64,000 nucleotides of DNA, taken from assembly GCA_003243955.1 (NCBI GenBank), contig QHCE01000043.1:5475-69474 (forward strand), written 5' to 3'. Source of the stretch: Acidimicrobiales bacterium (lineage in GTDB: Bacteria; Actinomycetota; Actinomycetes; Mycobacteriales; QHCE01). The position numbers and the translations under genes are program-made. This document shows positions 48,957-59,606 of the stretch, one piece after another. The notes under the pieces are model-generated. The model had not been told where the DNA came from and searched no databases. It worked only from the letters and a program-made list of their open reading frames with translations. Position 1 is the stretch's first letter, and every line of letters begins with the position of its first letter.

Positions 48957-49267
48957 TGACTATCAGCAAACGAGAGAAAGACGCACTGATTGCTGCAGAA
49001 ATCGAGCAATCTGAGGCGACACGCGACGAACCCCTGTCGGCCGAAGCCGGCGTTCGTCGCAACAAATCTCCGGTTTACTCACTTCGGCTGGCGCCGATTG
49101 ACGTTGCACGTATTGAGAAAGTAGCAGCTCGGATGGGCGTCCCGGCCTCGTCACTGGTACGGGGGTGGATCCAGTCAGCTATAGCTGACGAAGGCACCAC
49201 CGACGTTGCAGGCGCGGTTGCGCGATTGGAAGTAGACCTGCAGCGCCTCAAAGGACTCGTCGCATAG
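48956..49267 (+). CDS. brnA: BrnA/CopG-like antitoxin
   Basis: ATG 48956 shares one base with the brnT stop (TGATG). C-terminal RHH-like SLRLAPIDVARIEKVAARMGVPASSLVRGWI. Confidence 0.55.
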   Translation: MTISKREKDALIAAEIEQSEATRDEPLSAEAGVRRNKSPVYSLRLAPIDVARIEKVAARMGVPASSLVRGWIQSAIADEGTTDVAGAVARLEVDLQRLKGLVA

Positions 49268-49537
49268 CGATCTAGGCGGCACACGACATTTAACTAAGCA
49301 CACATGCCGAGGCGGCAACGGCAGATCAAGACCGCATCGGTCCAAAGGGCCGCAGAACCAGCCGGCGTGGCGGGCTCAGGCAATGGTCGTCCGCGAAAGT
49401 CATTCACAGTTTGCGTATACCGTTCACTTTCTGGCAGGTTCTGTATAAAGTTTACACCATTGTGCACAGGCCAGCCGTTTACAGCAATTCAGACCGTGGT
49501 GTGGTTGCGTACTAAGCCTCCCGGCTGGAGGCTGTCA

Positions 49538-50951
49538 TCATATCTTCACCGCCCGCTCGAAGAAGGCTCCGACAACCACAGCACCGATCAACAGCAGCAG
49601 CCCAGCGATGACGAGGGCGACGGCGCTACCGTTCGCCGCGCTCGATTCGGCAGCGAACACGCTGCCCAGCAACGCAACGCCGAGGACCGAGCCAGTTTGC
49701 CGCGCGGAATTCAAAGCACCGGCACCAATGCCCGGCTGCTCCTTGGGCACAGCGGAGACCACTCCCATCATCAGCGATGGAATCGCAAAGGACACACCGA
49801 AGCCGAGTAGTACTAGGCCGACCACCGTCATCACAACGTCAAAGGCAGAGCCGCCGGTGAACGGTGCCAACAGCAGCGTACCGGCCGCCATCAGTAGAAA
49901 TCCGACCACAGCCGGTAGCCGCGGTCCGATCTTTGCCACTAGTCGGCCGGTAAAGATGGGGTTGAAAGCTGTCGGCAAGGTAAGCGGTAAGAACGCCAAG
50001 CCAGCCACAAACGCGGAATAGCCTCTAGACTGCTGAAAGAACAATGACAGTACGAACAGCACGCCGCTGAGCCCGAAGTTAACGAGCAAGCCGGCGAACA
50101 GGCCGGCGGAGAAAGTTGAACTGCGAAACAGCGTAAGCGGTAACATCGGCGAACCATGCCGATGCTCATTGCGAGCTTCAATCGACATGAACGCCGCCAA
50201 CGCCAGAACCGCGACAACCAGTGATCCAATGATCTCTGGTGAGGACCATCCCAGCGGCCCACTTTGAATCAGGCCATAGGTCAGACCGGTCAGCGCCACA
50301 ATAGCGGCGAGCTGTCCACCAATGTCGGCGCTGCGTTTGATGTTGCATCCGGTCTCCGGAGCGAGCTTGCTGGTCAGAGCGGCGCTAAAAAGCGCGACTG
50401 GAACGTTGATCAAAAAAATGACCCGCCAACCGAAAGTGTCAGTCAGTACGCCACCAACGACAGGACCGGCGGCCAGCGCGACGCCAGTGATAGCTGCCCA
50501 GGATCCCAAAGCCTTGGCCCGCCGCGCGGGATCGGTAAACGCATGGACGATGATCGCCATTGAGCTTGGCAGCAGCGCCGCGCCGGCGACGCCAAAAGGC
50601 CCGTGCTGCGATAAGCAATCCCATCGACCAGGCCGCCGCTGAAAGCGCAGAGATCACCGCGAAAGCCCAGAGACCAATCAGAAATATTCGACGGCCACCG
50701 AAGCGGTCCGCCAATGCACCCGCGGTGAGTAGTAGGGCGGCAAAAGTCAGTGTGTAGCCGTTGGACACCCACTGCAGCTGATTCACATCGCCGCCTAGGC
50801 TCTGACCTATTGCTGGCAGCGCAACTACTACGATGGTGGTGTCCAACAGCACCATGAAATACCCGAGTGAGAGGCCAAACAGCAGGAGCCTGCCATGCTG
50901 CACTGCGGATTTGCTCCCGCGGCGAGCTGCCCGGATCGATTGGGTTGTCAT
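49538..50951 (-). pseudogene. DHA2-type MFS transporter split by one frameshift
   Basis: ORF 50439-50951 is transporter-like up to ..LLIAARAF. The continuation GVAGAALLPSSMAIIVHAF.. is in the frame of ORF 49538-50560. The shift lies at the A/T run 50594-50597. Confidence 0.7.
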
Positions 50952-51074
50952 GTTTCTCCATCAGATGATTAAGCTGGGCTGCCGTTGGGGGCTCCGAGGT
51001 CGGAGGGTGCGTCAACTGCTTTCACCTTCGCAGCGGATGAGTGGCAGCGGAAGCGGGCGATTACGATGACGTGT

Positions 51075-51089
51075 ATCGGGAAATCCGAT
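51075..51089. promoter_or_regulatory. Palindrome ATCGG-N5-CCGAT in the LysR/MFS divergent region
   Basis: T-N11-A-compatible dyad 76 nt upstream of the LysR start. Confidence 0.3.
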
Positions 51090-51164
51090 AGTGGTGTTCG
51101 CGGCCGAAAGCGGGTTTTCTTCCACCCAGACAGCAAGCGAGTCTTTTGGGAAGGTCGATAGCGG

Positions 51165-52055
51165 ATGGAGCTTCGGCATTTACGCACATTCCGAGCCGTC
51201 GCCGGCACCTTGAACTTCACGCGAGCCGCACACGAGTTGCATTACGCCCAGTCCAGCGTGACCGAGCAGGTCCAGGTGCTGGAAACCGAGCTTGGCGTGG
51301 CGCTCTTTGACCGTACAGGCCGCAAGCTCGGGCTGACTGTCGCTGGTCAACGGCTAGTCGAGTATGCCGACCAGATACTCACATTGGCCGAGCAGGCACG
51401 CACCGTTGCCGAAGACAGCGCCAATGAGCCCGCGGGTGAGCTTGTGATCGGCGCCCTGGAAACCCTGTGTGCGACGCAGATTCCGCCTGTTCTCACCAAC
51501 TACCGGAATCGCTGCCCCCAAGTTCGGGTCACGGTACGACAGGCCAACCGCGGGGAGCTGTACAACGCGGTACGGCGTGGCGAGCTAGATCTATGTTTTA
51601 CCTTTGGCGCTGCACCGGCCGATCCAGTTCTCTCTAGCGAGATTCTGGCTGTCCAACGGCTGCTGATCGTTGCCCCGATAGGGCACCGGCTGACCAAGCT
51701 CGATCACGTGACCGTCCGTGACCTACGCGAGGAGCCGTTCCTCGTGACCGAAGCCGGCTGCGGTTTCCGTGACATGTTCGACCGCTCGCTAGGCCTGCTC
51801 GGTGCAGACGGTCCGCGCATTGAAGCCGAGGTAAACAGCATTGCCGCGCTCTGTACCTGCGTTGCATCCGGAATGGGCTGCGCGTTGCTGCCAGAATCGG
51901 CGGTTGAAAGTCACCTGGACAGAGGAACCGTAGCAGCGCTAAGGCTGGAAGACCTGGAGTACGAAACCACAGTGACCGCAACCTGGCTTCGTCGCTGGGA
52001 GCACAAGCCCAGCGTCGTGACGTTTCTGAACACTGCTCGCAGCACATTGGCTTAG
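51165..52055 (+). CDS. LysR-family transcriptional regulator
   Basis: MELRHLRTFRAVAGTLNFTRAAHELHYAQSSVTEQVQVLE. Confidence 0.9.
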   Translation: MELRHLRTFRAVAGTLNFTRAAHELHYAQSSVTEQVQVLETELGVALFDRTGRKLGLTVAGQRLVEYADQILTLAEQARTVAEDSANEPAGELVIGALETLCATQIPPVLTNYRNRCPQVRVTVRQANRGELYNAVRRGELDLCFTFGAAPADPVLSSEILAVQRLLIVAPIGHRLTKLDHVTVRDLREEPFLVTEAGCGFRDMFDRSLGLLGADGPRIEAEVNSIAALCTCVASGMGCALLPESAVESHLDRGTVAALRLEDLEYETTVTATWLRRWEHKPSVVTFLNTARSTLA

Positions 52056-52170
52056 TTAGAATACCTAGCGCGGCGGCAGCGGAGAACTGCTCAGCGGCCG
52101 CGATACTCCGTCGCGGTGAGACATAGCGTGCCCCGTAGGATTGCCTACCTAAGCAAATCTGGGAGGCAGA

Positions 52171-55041
52171 ATGCCACATCAGTTCTCACACAGCACCGCG
52201 AACAGCTCCCCGAGCGCCGCCCAGCTGCGGGTAGGTGATCAGGATTATCAGATTCATCGCATTACCGCCATACCCAGCCATGAACGGCTGCCTTACAGCC
52301 TAAAAATCCTGCTGGAGAATGTGCTTCGCACGCATGATGGTGTACACGTTACCGACGACCATGTCCAGGCACTTGCCCGCTGGCAGCCCACGGCGCCCCC
52401 GGATACCGAGATTGGGTTCACCCCGGCCAGGGTCATCCTGCAAGACTTCACCGGCGTCCCGTGTGTGGTGGATTTGGCCGCGATGCGCGAGGCGATGGTC
52501 GCACTTGGTGGGGACCCTGCCGCGATCAATCCACTAGCGCCAGCTGAGCTGGTGATCGATCACTCGGTGATCGCGGACGTGTTTGGTCGACCAGACGCCT
52601 TCGAACGCAACGTTGAGCTGGAGTATCAGCGCAATCGTGAGCGCTACCAATTCCTTCGCTGGGGTCAAACCGCGTTCAACCAGTTCACGGTCGTGCCTCC
52701 GGGCACTGGGATCGTGCATCAAGTCAACATTGAACACCTGGCCCGCGTAGTCATGACCCGTCAAACCGATACGGGCATGCTGGCCTATCCCGACACCGTC
52801 GTGGGTACCGATTCCCACACCACCATGGTGAATGGCTTGGGTGTGCTGGGCTGGGGGGTGGGCGGAATCGAAGCCGAGGCAGCAATGCTCGGTCAGCCAG
52901 TAAGCATGCTCATTCCACAGGTAGTGGGCGTTAAACTGCACGGGGAACTTGGTAGCGGAACGACCGCAACTGACCTGGTTCTCACCATCACGCAGCAGCT
53001 ACGGCAGCTTGGGGTGGTTGGTGAGTTCGTGGAGTTCTTTGGAGCTGGCGTAGCGGCGGTACCGCTGGCCAACCGAGCAACCATCGGCAACATGAGCCCA
53101 GAGTTCGGTTCCACGTGCGCTATCTTCCCGATCGATTCCGAGACGCTGCGCTATCTGCGCTTTACCGGACGCATGCCTGAGCAGGTAGCGCTGGTAGAGG
53201 CATACGCCAAGGAGCAAGGCCTGTGGCATGACCCAGCAACGCCTGCGCAGTATTCGCGTGTACTGGAGCTGGATCTAGCCGATGTGCAGCCCTCCATTGC
53301 TGGGCCCAAACGTCCGCAGGATCGGGTAGCGCTCGCAGATGCAAAGGCCGCGTTCCGTCGGAGTGTGCGCGGCTACGTGGTGTCGGCTAATACCTCTAGT
53401 CCTGTTGCAGCCTCCCCTATCCCGAGCGTTATCGATGAAGGTGTAGAAGAATCCTTTCCGGCCAGCGATCCGCTGTCGGTGATTAACGGTGGCGGAGAGC
53501 CGCCAGCAGCGCCGGTGCCTTCTGCCATGCCTGCCCCATCGAACGCGCCTGTTGGTGTCACGCTCGACACCGGTGAGCAGATCACGCTCGACCACGGCGC
53601 AGTGGTGATCGCCGCGATAACTTCCTGCACGAACACGTCCAACCCGCAGGTGATGATGGCCGCGGCGCTGCTGGCCAAGCATGCGGTGGAACGGGGGTTA
53701 CGTACCAAACCATGGGTGAAGACCACTCTGGCGCCGGGCTCACGAGTGGTCACCGATTACTTCGAGCGGGCCAGTCTGACGCCCTATCTGGAAAAGCTTG
53801 GCTTTCACCTGGTCGGTTACGGCTGCACCACGTGTATCGGAAACTCTGGACCACTGCCGGATGCGATCTCGAAGGCTGTCAACGATCGCGATCTCGCGGT
53901 GGTTTCTGTGCTGTCGGGCAATCGCAATTTCGAGGGTCGGATTAATCCAGACGTAACCATGAACTACCTGGCATCCCCACCGCTGGTAGTGGCATACGCA
54001 CTGGTGGGTAGCATGGACGTCGACCTACTCACCGAACCTCTAGGGTATGGGGCTGACGGCGAGCCGGTGTATTTGGCTGACATTTGGCCGACGCCGGAGC
54101 AGATCGCAACCGCGATTGCCGAATCGGTATCGCCACAGATGTACACCGACGGCTACGCCGACGTGTTCGCCGGTGATGATCGCTGGCGAGCGCTTGCCAC
54201 ACCTGAGGGCGACACATTCACCTGGGACGCGGAGTCCACGTATGTCCGCAAACCGCCGTACTTCGATGACATGCCCACTGAGCCGACCTCGGTCACCGAT
54301 ATTGCCGCCGCCCGAGTGCTGGCGCTGCTCGGCGATTCGGTGACCACCGACCATATCTCCCCCGCGGGTTCGATCAAAGCCGATTCCCCCGCCGGCCGAT
54401 ACCTGACCGAGCACGACGTGGAGCGCGGCGATTTCAACTCCTACGGCTCGCGGCGCGGAAACCACGAGGTGATGATCCGGGGCACGTTTGGCAATATCCG
54501 GCTACAAAACCAGCTGGGTGACTCCGCCGGGAAACCGCTGCCACGAGGTGGATTTACCCGCAACTTCCTCACCGGCAAGCAGAGCACCATCTATGCTGCC
54601 GCGCAGGCTTACCAGCGTGAAGGCATTCCGCTGGTGGTACTGGCGAGGAAAGAGTACGGCTCGGGGTCATCGCGAGACTGGGCAGCCAAAGGCACGGCGC
54701 TGCTGGGCGTCAAGGCCGTGATCGCGGAATCGTTCGAGCGGATTCACCGCTCGAACCTGATCGGCATGGGCGTGTTACCACTGCAGTTCCCAGCTGGAGA
54801 GAACGCCGAATCGCTGGGGATCACTGGCGAGGAAACGTTCGAGATCGCGGGCATTACGGTACTTAACGAGGGGCAGACGCCAAGGGCAGTGCACGTCACA
54901 GCAACGCGAGCAGGAAGCAATGTGGAAGGGCAACCAGTCGAATTTGACGCGATAGTCAGAATCGACACCCCCGGCGAGGCTGATTACTTCCGCCATGGCG
55001 GAATTCTGCCGTACGTGCTCCGCTCACTGCGGGGACAATAA
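52171..55041 (+). CDS. acnA: Aconitate hydratase A
   Basis: 956 aa. Fe-S ligand regions [11 protein letters not shown] and [10 protein letters not shown]. Confidence 0.97.
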   Translation: MPHQFSHSTANSSPSAAQLRVGDQDYQIHRITAIPSHERLPYSLKILLENVLRTHDGVHVTDDHVQALARWQPTAPPDTEIGFTPARVILQDFTGVPCVVDLAAMREAMVALGGDPAAINPLAPAELVIDHSVIADVFGRPDAFERNVELEYQRNRERYQFLRWGQTAFNQFTVVPPGTGIVHQVNIEHLARVVMTRQTDTGMLAYPDTVVGTDSHTTMVNGLGVLGWGVGGIEAEAAMLGQPVSMLIPQVVGVKLHGELGSGTTATDLVLTITQQLRQLGVVGEFVEFFGAGVAAVPLANRATIGNMSPEFGSTCAIFPIDSETLRYLRFTGRMPEQVALVEAYAKEQGLWHDPATPAQYSRVLELDLADVQPSIAGPKRPQDRVALADAKAAFRRSVRGYVVSANTSSPVAASPIPSVIDEGVEESFPASDPLSVINGGGEPPAAPVPSAMPAPSNAPVGVTLDTGEQITLDHGAVVIAAITSCTNTSNPQVMMAAALLAKHAVERGLRTKPWVKTTLAPGSRVVTDYFERASLTPYLEKLGFHLVGYGCTTCIGNSGPLPDAISKAVNDRDLAVVSVLSGNRNFEGRINPDVTMNYLASPPLVVAYALVGSMDVDLLTEPLGYGADGEPVYLADIWPTPEQIATAIAESVSPQMYTDGYADVFAGDDRWRALATPEGDTFTWDAESTYVRKPPYFDDMPTEPTSVTDIAAARVLALLGDSVTTDHISPAGSIKADSPAGRYLTEHDVERGDFNSYGSRRGNHEVMIRGTFGNIRLQNQLGDSAGKPLPRGGFTRNFLTGKQSTIYAAAQAYQREGIPLVVLARKEYGSGSSRDWAAKGTALLGVKAVIAESFERIHRSNLIGMGVLPLQFPAGENAESLGITGEETFEIAGITVLNEGQTPRAVHVTATRAGSNVEGQPVEFDAIVRIDTPGEADYFRHGGILPYVLRSLRGQ

Positions 55042-55160
55042 TTCGCGTTTTCGCTGTACCGAAGCTGTTCCGTGCGTCACTATAAGAAGCAGACACCTAA
55101 CAGCTCGCTATTCTCCCCGCGGGGTTAGAACTAGTTGTGTAATGGCTATCGGAGCATGTC

Positions 55161-58100
55161 TTGTCAGATACCGGTGCATCGCAGTCCGATGCCGCCCCCC
55201 ATAGCCGAGAGCAACAGGCACTTGCTTCAGCTTTGGCTGAAACCCGTATAGCCCTCGGGCTATACCAGCACGATGTCGCGAATGGCCTAGGGCTGGGGAT
55301 CCATAGGATCAGAGAGGTTGAAGGCGACTGGACGAGTGCCCAACTTACAAGAATTGGATTTTCCTTTCGAATACTGAGCTATTTTGTTGAGCAGGCAGCT
55401 GACCCAAACCGCCTACTTGCCGATAAAAATCGTACTGCTGTTGATCAGGGCCTTGAGAGCATCCGCAGTCATGCAGAAATTGTGCGCAATCAGCTTCGCG
55501 AGGAGCGGCGGGACGAGCTAGGCGCCATTTTATCTGTGGACGAAGAACTCGCTGAGCATAAGTTGCGTTTAGCTTTCTCGCTACGAGAGCTGCGAGAAGT
55601 CAACCATGTAAGTAAAAAAAATATTGTGGAAAAAGTCTCAAAGCTCGAGCTAGTTTCTCTAAAAGAGTACGAGATGGGCATCGGTTACCAAATAGCGGAC
55701 CTTATCTTGATAAGAGAAATAATAGAAAAATTTCCTAGCCAGCATTCAAGCTACAGCTACATATATGAAGATTTAATAGCCAGTGTTGGTGCCCTCACTG
55801 GGAATAGGCGAAGAGCCACGCTCGCAGCAGAACAAAGACGCGCTAGAGCGGATCAGGTAGCTAGCCCGCAAGCTGCTAAAGAAAAGAGTAGCGGAGTATC
55901 GCAAAACCTGTTGGACACCGATCCGTCGTTAGCTGGTATTACTAACGCTTCATTGCTCGACGATTCACCGGACAATGAGACACAAGTCGTTAGTACGGCT
56001 ATCGTAGCTGGAAGAAAAGCTTGTAAAGAAACGCAAAGCGGCGCGGCGCGCTTTCTAGCTGATGAACTAAACCCTAGCGAATTTCGACATTTCATAACTT
56101 TCATTCAAGAGTTTGAGCGTCACGGAATAATTAAAAGTTTTTCTGGTGTGTTCTACACTAGATTTCTGCTTAATCGGTATATGCCTTATCTGGATGCCCC
56201 TAAAACCCAGCTGGATGATTTTAAGGAAATACTTGACAAACGAGCTAGTGAGATACGGCAAGAGCGCACTGTAAAGCTGCTGGCTCGCTTGGGTTATTCT
56301 GTAGAAGATGCAGTTCATCTAAATGATGAAACCATGCGAGCCGTAGAAATCGCCATTTCACTGCAGCACGTTCGGGAGATTCCTTTTCTTACACTTTCCA
56401 CAGTGGCTAAAAAAATAAATACACTAGCTGGCAATAAACCCCTTGCCAACGTTGGTAAGCTCTCCTACCTCGAAAACACAGCTCGATACAATCTTCGCCA
56501 GATTAAACTGGCTCAACTATTTTTAGAGGCGTGTCAAGTTTCTGAAGATATCAGTGCTGACCCAACTCTTATCCATGAAGCGGTCATTGCTCTGCTAACA
56601 GCACAGAGTCGTCGGCCTCCACGGCGAATACGCCATCGGATAGGTGATCCGTCCACTGAAGACAAGCGTCGAGGCGCTGTTGATACTCGGTATGCTTCTT
56701 TAACTGCCGTGCAGGCTCAAATACTCGGTGATCTAACGAGCGCTGGATTCACGGTAGAAGAATTTTTCCCTCATGTGAAAAACCTGATATCCGACCAAGA
56801 GAAGAAAATAGATAGCGACCGAAGGACTGCACTACGAAGAAAACTTAGAAAGTTTACCGAGCTTTTTCCGGAAGTTCCTCACACTTCTTGGGAAGATATC
56901 TACGGCGAGGAAGTGGATCATCGACTCTACATTGCGCTCGCTCTCAACAAGCTGCGAATAACTTCTGACCCAGTGCTTACAAAGGATCAACTTACCCGCG
57001 CCTGTGCTATCAAAGGTGAAGATATAGCCTATTTTTATCAGTACATAAAGTCCATAGAGGAGGCAACATGGCCGGATCTTCCCCCACAACACGCGGTCAA
57101 CCGTGTTTTGGAGATCCTCGTCGCCGACGAAGATACTATTGAAGAAGTCAATAAAAGAATTGTTGCTCTACATACAAGAAAGCGACGAGGGATAGAAACC
57201 ATCCCTGTGCCAAGCGAGAGCTCTGTTTCAGTAGACCCACAGGAAAATCTACACTATAGTTTAGAAATTTTTAGCTGGCTTGCCGCAATGCATCTCGAGC
57301 ACAGACATCTGCAAAGCGGCCGCCAGGGTGACTACATCGCCGCATTTGCGGCAGAGATTGAACTTAATGAGGCTCAACTCAGGCATCTTTTAGACCCGTA
57401 CAGCCGTGAAGAGCATACTGTAGATAACAAAATTTCCGAGCCTAACGCAACTATGGCAGAGCGATGGTACGCAACCAACGCGACTATTGAACAAATTACT
57501 TCTTACGTAGCGCCGGATTTAGCGGAACATCTTCCAGAGGCCCGCGAAGAGCATACAGTAAATCAGGGTTCTGATGAGTCCGATGAAGAATACCGCGCAA
57601 TATGGCGAAATATCGGCAGACTGGTGAATGCTCATTCAAACTATCTCGGGGATATGATTCCAGAGGGTGCATCCCGTAGAGAAGATCAGATACGCGGATT
57701 CCTTAAGCGTGAGCCCTTCCAAAATATCGTTAGCGGAAATGGTGCGGGTGATCGAGAATCGTTACTAGTCCTTTTAAACAGCTGGCGCGAAATCTTGGAC
57801 GCAACCCGCTTTACTCGTGGGCACGGTTCTTCCGGAGTGACCGATCCCGCCCCTGCTCGCCAGACCTCTTCTGATTCCGACCCATCTGCACCAAGCCCTC
57901 TCCAACCAGCAGCGGAAGGATCACCAGCTCTAGGCCCAGCTCCCGCTGGCCCGGTAGCAACATCACCGGTGCTTCCGGTGGCCGATGCTTCGGGCTGGAA
58001 GGCATATGGACGAGTCTTTGCCGAGTATCAGCGAGTTATGCGTATAAGAAATATCAGTCTGGCCCACTATCTAGGCTGCTCGTCGCGCGAGATTATCGAT

Positions 58101-59579
58101 ATCCACAACGGTCACGGTTATCAACGTCCTGAGCTTATCGCCGGCGCTACCTCATTTTGGTTAGATCCTGACGCGACGTATCAACGCCGGGCCACGGCGG
58201 TATCAGATTCCGGCTGGGACGAGTTCGGGCAGCTGGTGCGGACACTCCGCGAGGTAAACGGACACTCAAGAGGTGCGTTCGCCGAGATTATCAACAGCTT
58301 CGATGTGGCCGTGGCGGAGATCGAGAGCGGCGCCGGCGCCCAATACCCCTCCGAGGTTTCCGCCATTACTGCGAGCGTTTCTCAGTTTGTGGCTGTTCAT
58401 GAAAGACCTCGAGGACAAGCCGCTGCCGCACCCGCCCCGCCAGACGTGAGTGCCCCGGTCGTTGCTCCCGTCGCGCGGCAGCCTGCCAGCGAGCGCGACG
58501 ATGAGGCTTATCAGCGGTCTCTTGAAGGCCGCATAGGTGATCGAACAATAGTCGACGCCGGATGGCCTAACCTCATAGTGCTGCTCCGCCGACAGCGGCT
58601 AAACACCAAGCTAACTGTCGAAGGCTGGGCAACCAGTACGGGCACCTCGGCGGAACTTGTGCGGCGGATGGAAGAATCGGGAGGGGGTCATGAGAACAAG
58701 AACCTGCGCGCCGTACTACAACTCGCACAGGAATTAGGCGAGGAAGATCGCGCTCGGGCGATGTTGATCGTAGGCGAGGTGAAACGATTAAAAAGGGCCA
58801 ACATTGAGCGGCAGCTACGCCGCACACAGATTGTGCTCCATTTCCCCGGGTGGGATCGAACCGCGTGGCCCGGATGTGGTGCGTTCCTCCAGCAGCAACG
58901 CGAGCTCGCCGAGCTAACCGTCGAAGAGCTGGCAAACCTCTGTGGGGTGCCAGTAGCCGCATTTCAAGAGATATGGTGCGGCGGGGGCTACGAGCCATCC
59001 TTCCGAGACGCAATCGATCCGGGCCGGATAGCCTTTCGTGATCTTCGGAACGACAGCGCTACGGTTTTAGACAAACTCCGTGAGCTCAATAACAGCACGG
59101 GCAACGATCCCGACCCGCTATGGGAGGAACTACATACTCTTCTACATAACGAGCAGACCCGCGATTACCACAGCTATCGACAGATACTCGAAAGCCGGAA
59201 GCAGTCTCCGGTGAGAGCAGGAGACTGGCAAGACCTGATCGTGCTTGCCTACCAAGCTCGCCGGCGTAGCGGCCCACGACGAGAGCCTGTAGCGACAACC
59301 GCTGGACTACCAGTGGCCACACTGAAAGACATCGAGAGCGGCGTAGCCCCACTTGACCACGTTAGCTACCAGGCCATTGTAGCGCTGTTTTGGGCTACTA
59401 AGTCTGGCGACGATATACCGACAGACATCAAAGAGAAACTTCAGCGGCTCAAAACGGCCCTCGCCAACCAAGCCGGCGGTGAGCTACCCCCTTCGGCTCC
59501 ACCGAGCTTCCGCCCCAGAGCTCTTCCCGATTTCCCATCTTCTAAGCATTGCCTTAGCGGGCACTCGCATCGCAGATAA
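55161..59579 (+). CDS. Giant (1472 aa) protein of tandem degenerate XRE-type helix-turn-helix-like units; function unknown
   Basis: An uninterrupted 4419-nt ORF running through a ~39% GC core. Five clear W-prefixed HTH units at residues 946-1415, at least five weaker units in the N-terminal 640 residues and two P/A/S-rich linkers. TTG start follows CGGAG; the start is uncertain. Confidence 0.75.
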   Translation: MSDTGASQSDAAPHSREQQALASALAETRIALGLYQHDVANGLGLGIHRIREVEGDWTSAQLTRIGFSFRILSYFVEQAADPNRLLADKNRTAVDQGLESIRSHAEIVRNQLREERRDELGAILSVDEELAEHKLRLAFSLRELREVNHVSKKNIVEKVSKLELVSLKEYEMGIGYQIADLILIREIIEKFPSQHSSYSYIYEDLIASVGALTGNRRRATLAAEQRRARADQVASPQAAKEKSSGVSQNLLDTDPSLAGITNASLLDDSPDNETQVVSTAIVAGRKACKETQSGAARFLADELNPSEFRHFITFIQEFERHGIIKSFSGVFYTRFLLNRYMPYLDAPKTQLDDFKEILDKRASEIRQERTVKLLARLGYSVEDAVHLNDETMRAVEIAISLQHVREIPFLTLSTVAKKINTLAGNKPLANVGKLSYLENTARYNLRQIKLAQLFLEACQVSEDISADPTLIHEAVIALLTAQSRRPPRRIRHRIGDPSTEDKRRGAVDTRYASLTAVQAQILGDLTSAGFTVEEFFPHVKNLISDQEKKIDSDRRTALRRKLRKFTELFPEVPHTSWEDIYGEEVDHRLYIALALNKLRITSDPVLTKDQLTRACAIKGEDIAYFYQYIKSIEEATWPDLPPQHAVNRVLEILVADEDTIEEVNKRIVALHTRKRRGIETIPVPSESSVSVDPQENLHYSLEIFSWLAAMHLEHRHLQSGRQGDYIAAFAAEIELNEAQLRHLLDPYSREEHTVDNKISEPNATMAERWYATNATIEQITSYVAPDLAEHLPEAREEHTVNQGSDESDEEYRAIWRNIGRLVNAHSNYLGDMIPEGASRREDQIRGFLKREPFQNIVSGNGAGDRESLLVLLNSWREILDATRFTRGHGSSGVTDPAPARQTSSDSDPSAPSPLQPAAEGSPALGPAPAGPVATSPVLPVADASGWKAYGRVFAEYQRVMRIRNISLAHYLGCSSREIIDIHNGHGYQRPELIAGATSFWLDPDATYQRRATAVSDSGWDEFGQLVRTLREVNGHSRGAFAEIINSFDVAVAEIESGAGAQYPSEVSAITASVSQFVAVHERPRGQAAAAPAPPDVSAPVVAPVARQPASERDDEAYQRSLEGRIGDRTIVDAGWPNLIVLLRRQRLNTKLTVEGWATSTGTSAELVRRMEESGGGHENKNLRAVLQLAQELGEEDRARAMLIVGEVKRLKRANIERQLRRTQIVLHFPGWDRTAWPGCGAFLQQQRELAELTVEELANLCGVPVAAFQEIWCGGGYEPSFRDAIDPGRIAFRDLRNDSATVLDKLRELNNSTGNDPDPLWEELHTLLHNEQTRDYHSYRQILESRKQSPVRAGDWQDLIVLAYQARRRSGPRREPVATTAGLPVATLKDIESGVAPLDHVSYQAIVALFWATKSGDDIPTDIKEKLQRLKTALANQAGGELPPSAPPSFRPRALPDFPSSKHCLSGHSHRR

Positions 59580-59606
59580 ACCGCGTCGACGGCTGGGCCC
59601 TCAGTG

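Noticed and set aside
49304-49810. 168-aa plus-strand ORF downstream of brnA.
   Set aside because: More than half of it is antisense to the MFS pseudogene, its composition is Arg/Gln-rich, and it has no motif or ribosome-binding site.
55161-59579. I looked for ATPase (Walker A/B), nuclease (PD-ExK, HNH, GIY-YIG), methyltransferase, kinase or transmembrane motifs that would place the giant ORF in a known defence or transport family.
   Set aside because: None were seen on reading the translation, so no enzymatic or defence-system call is made. This is a by-eye negative and needs profile searches.
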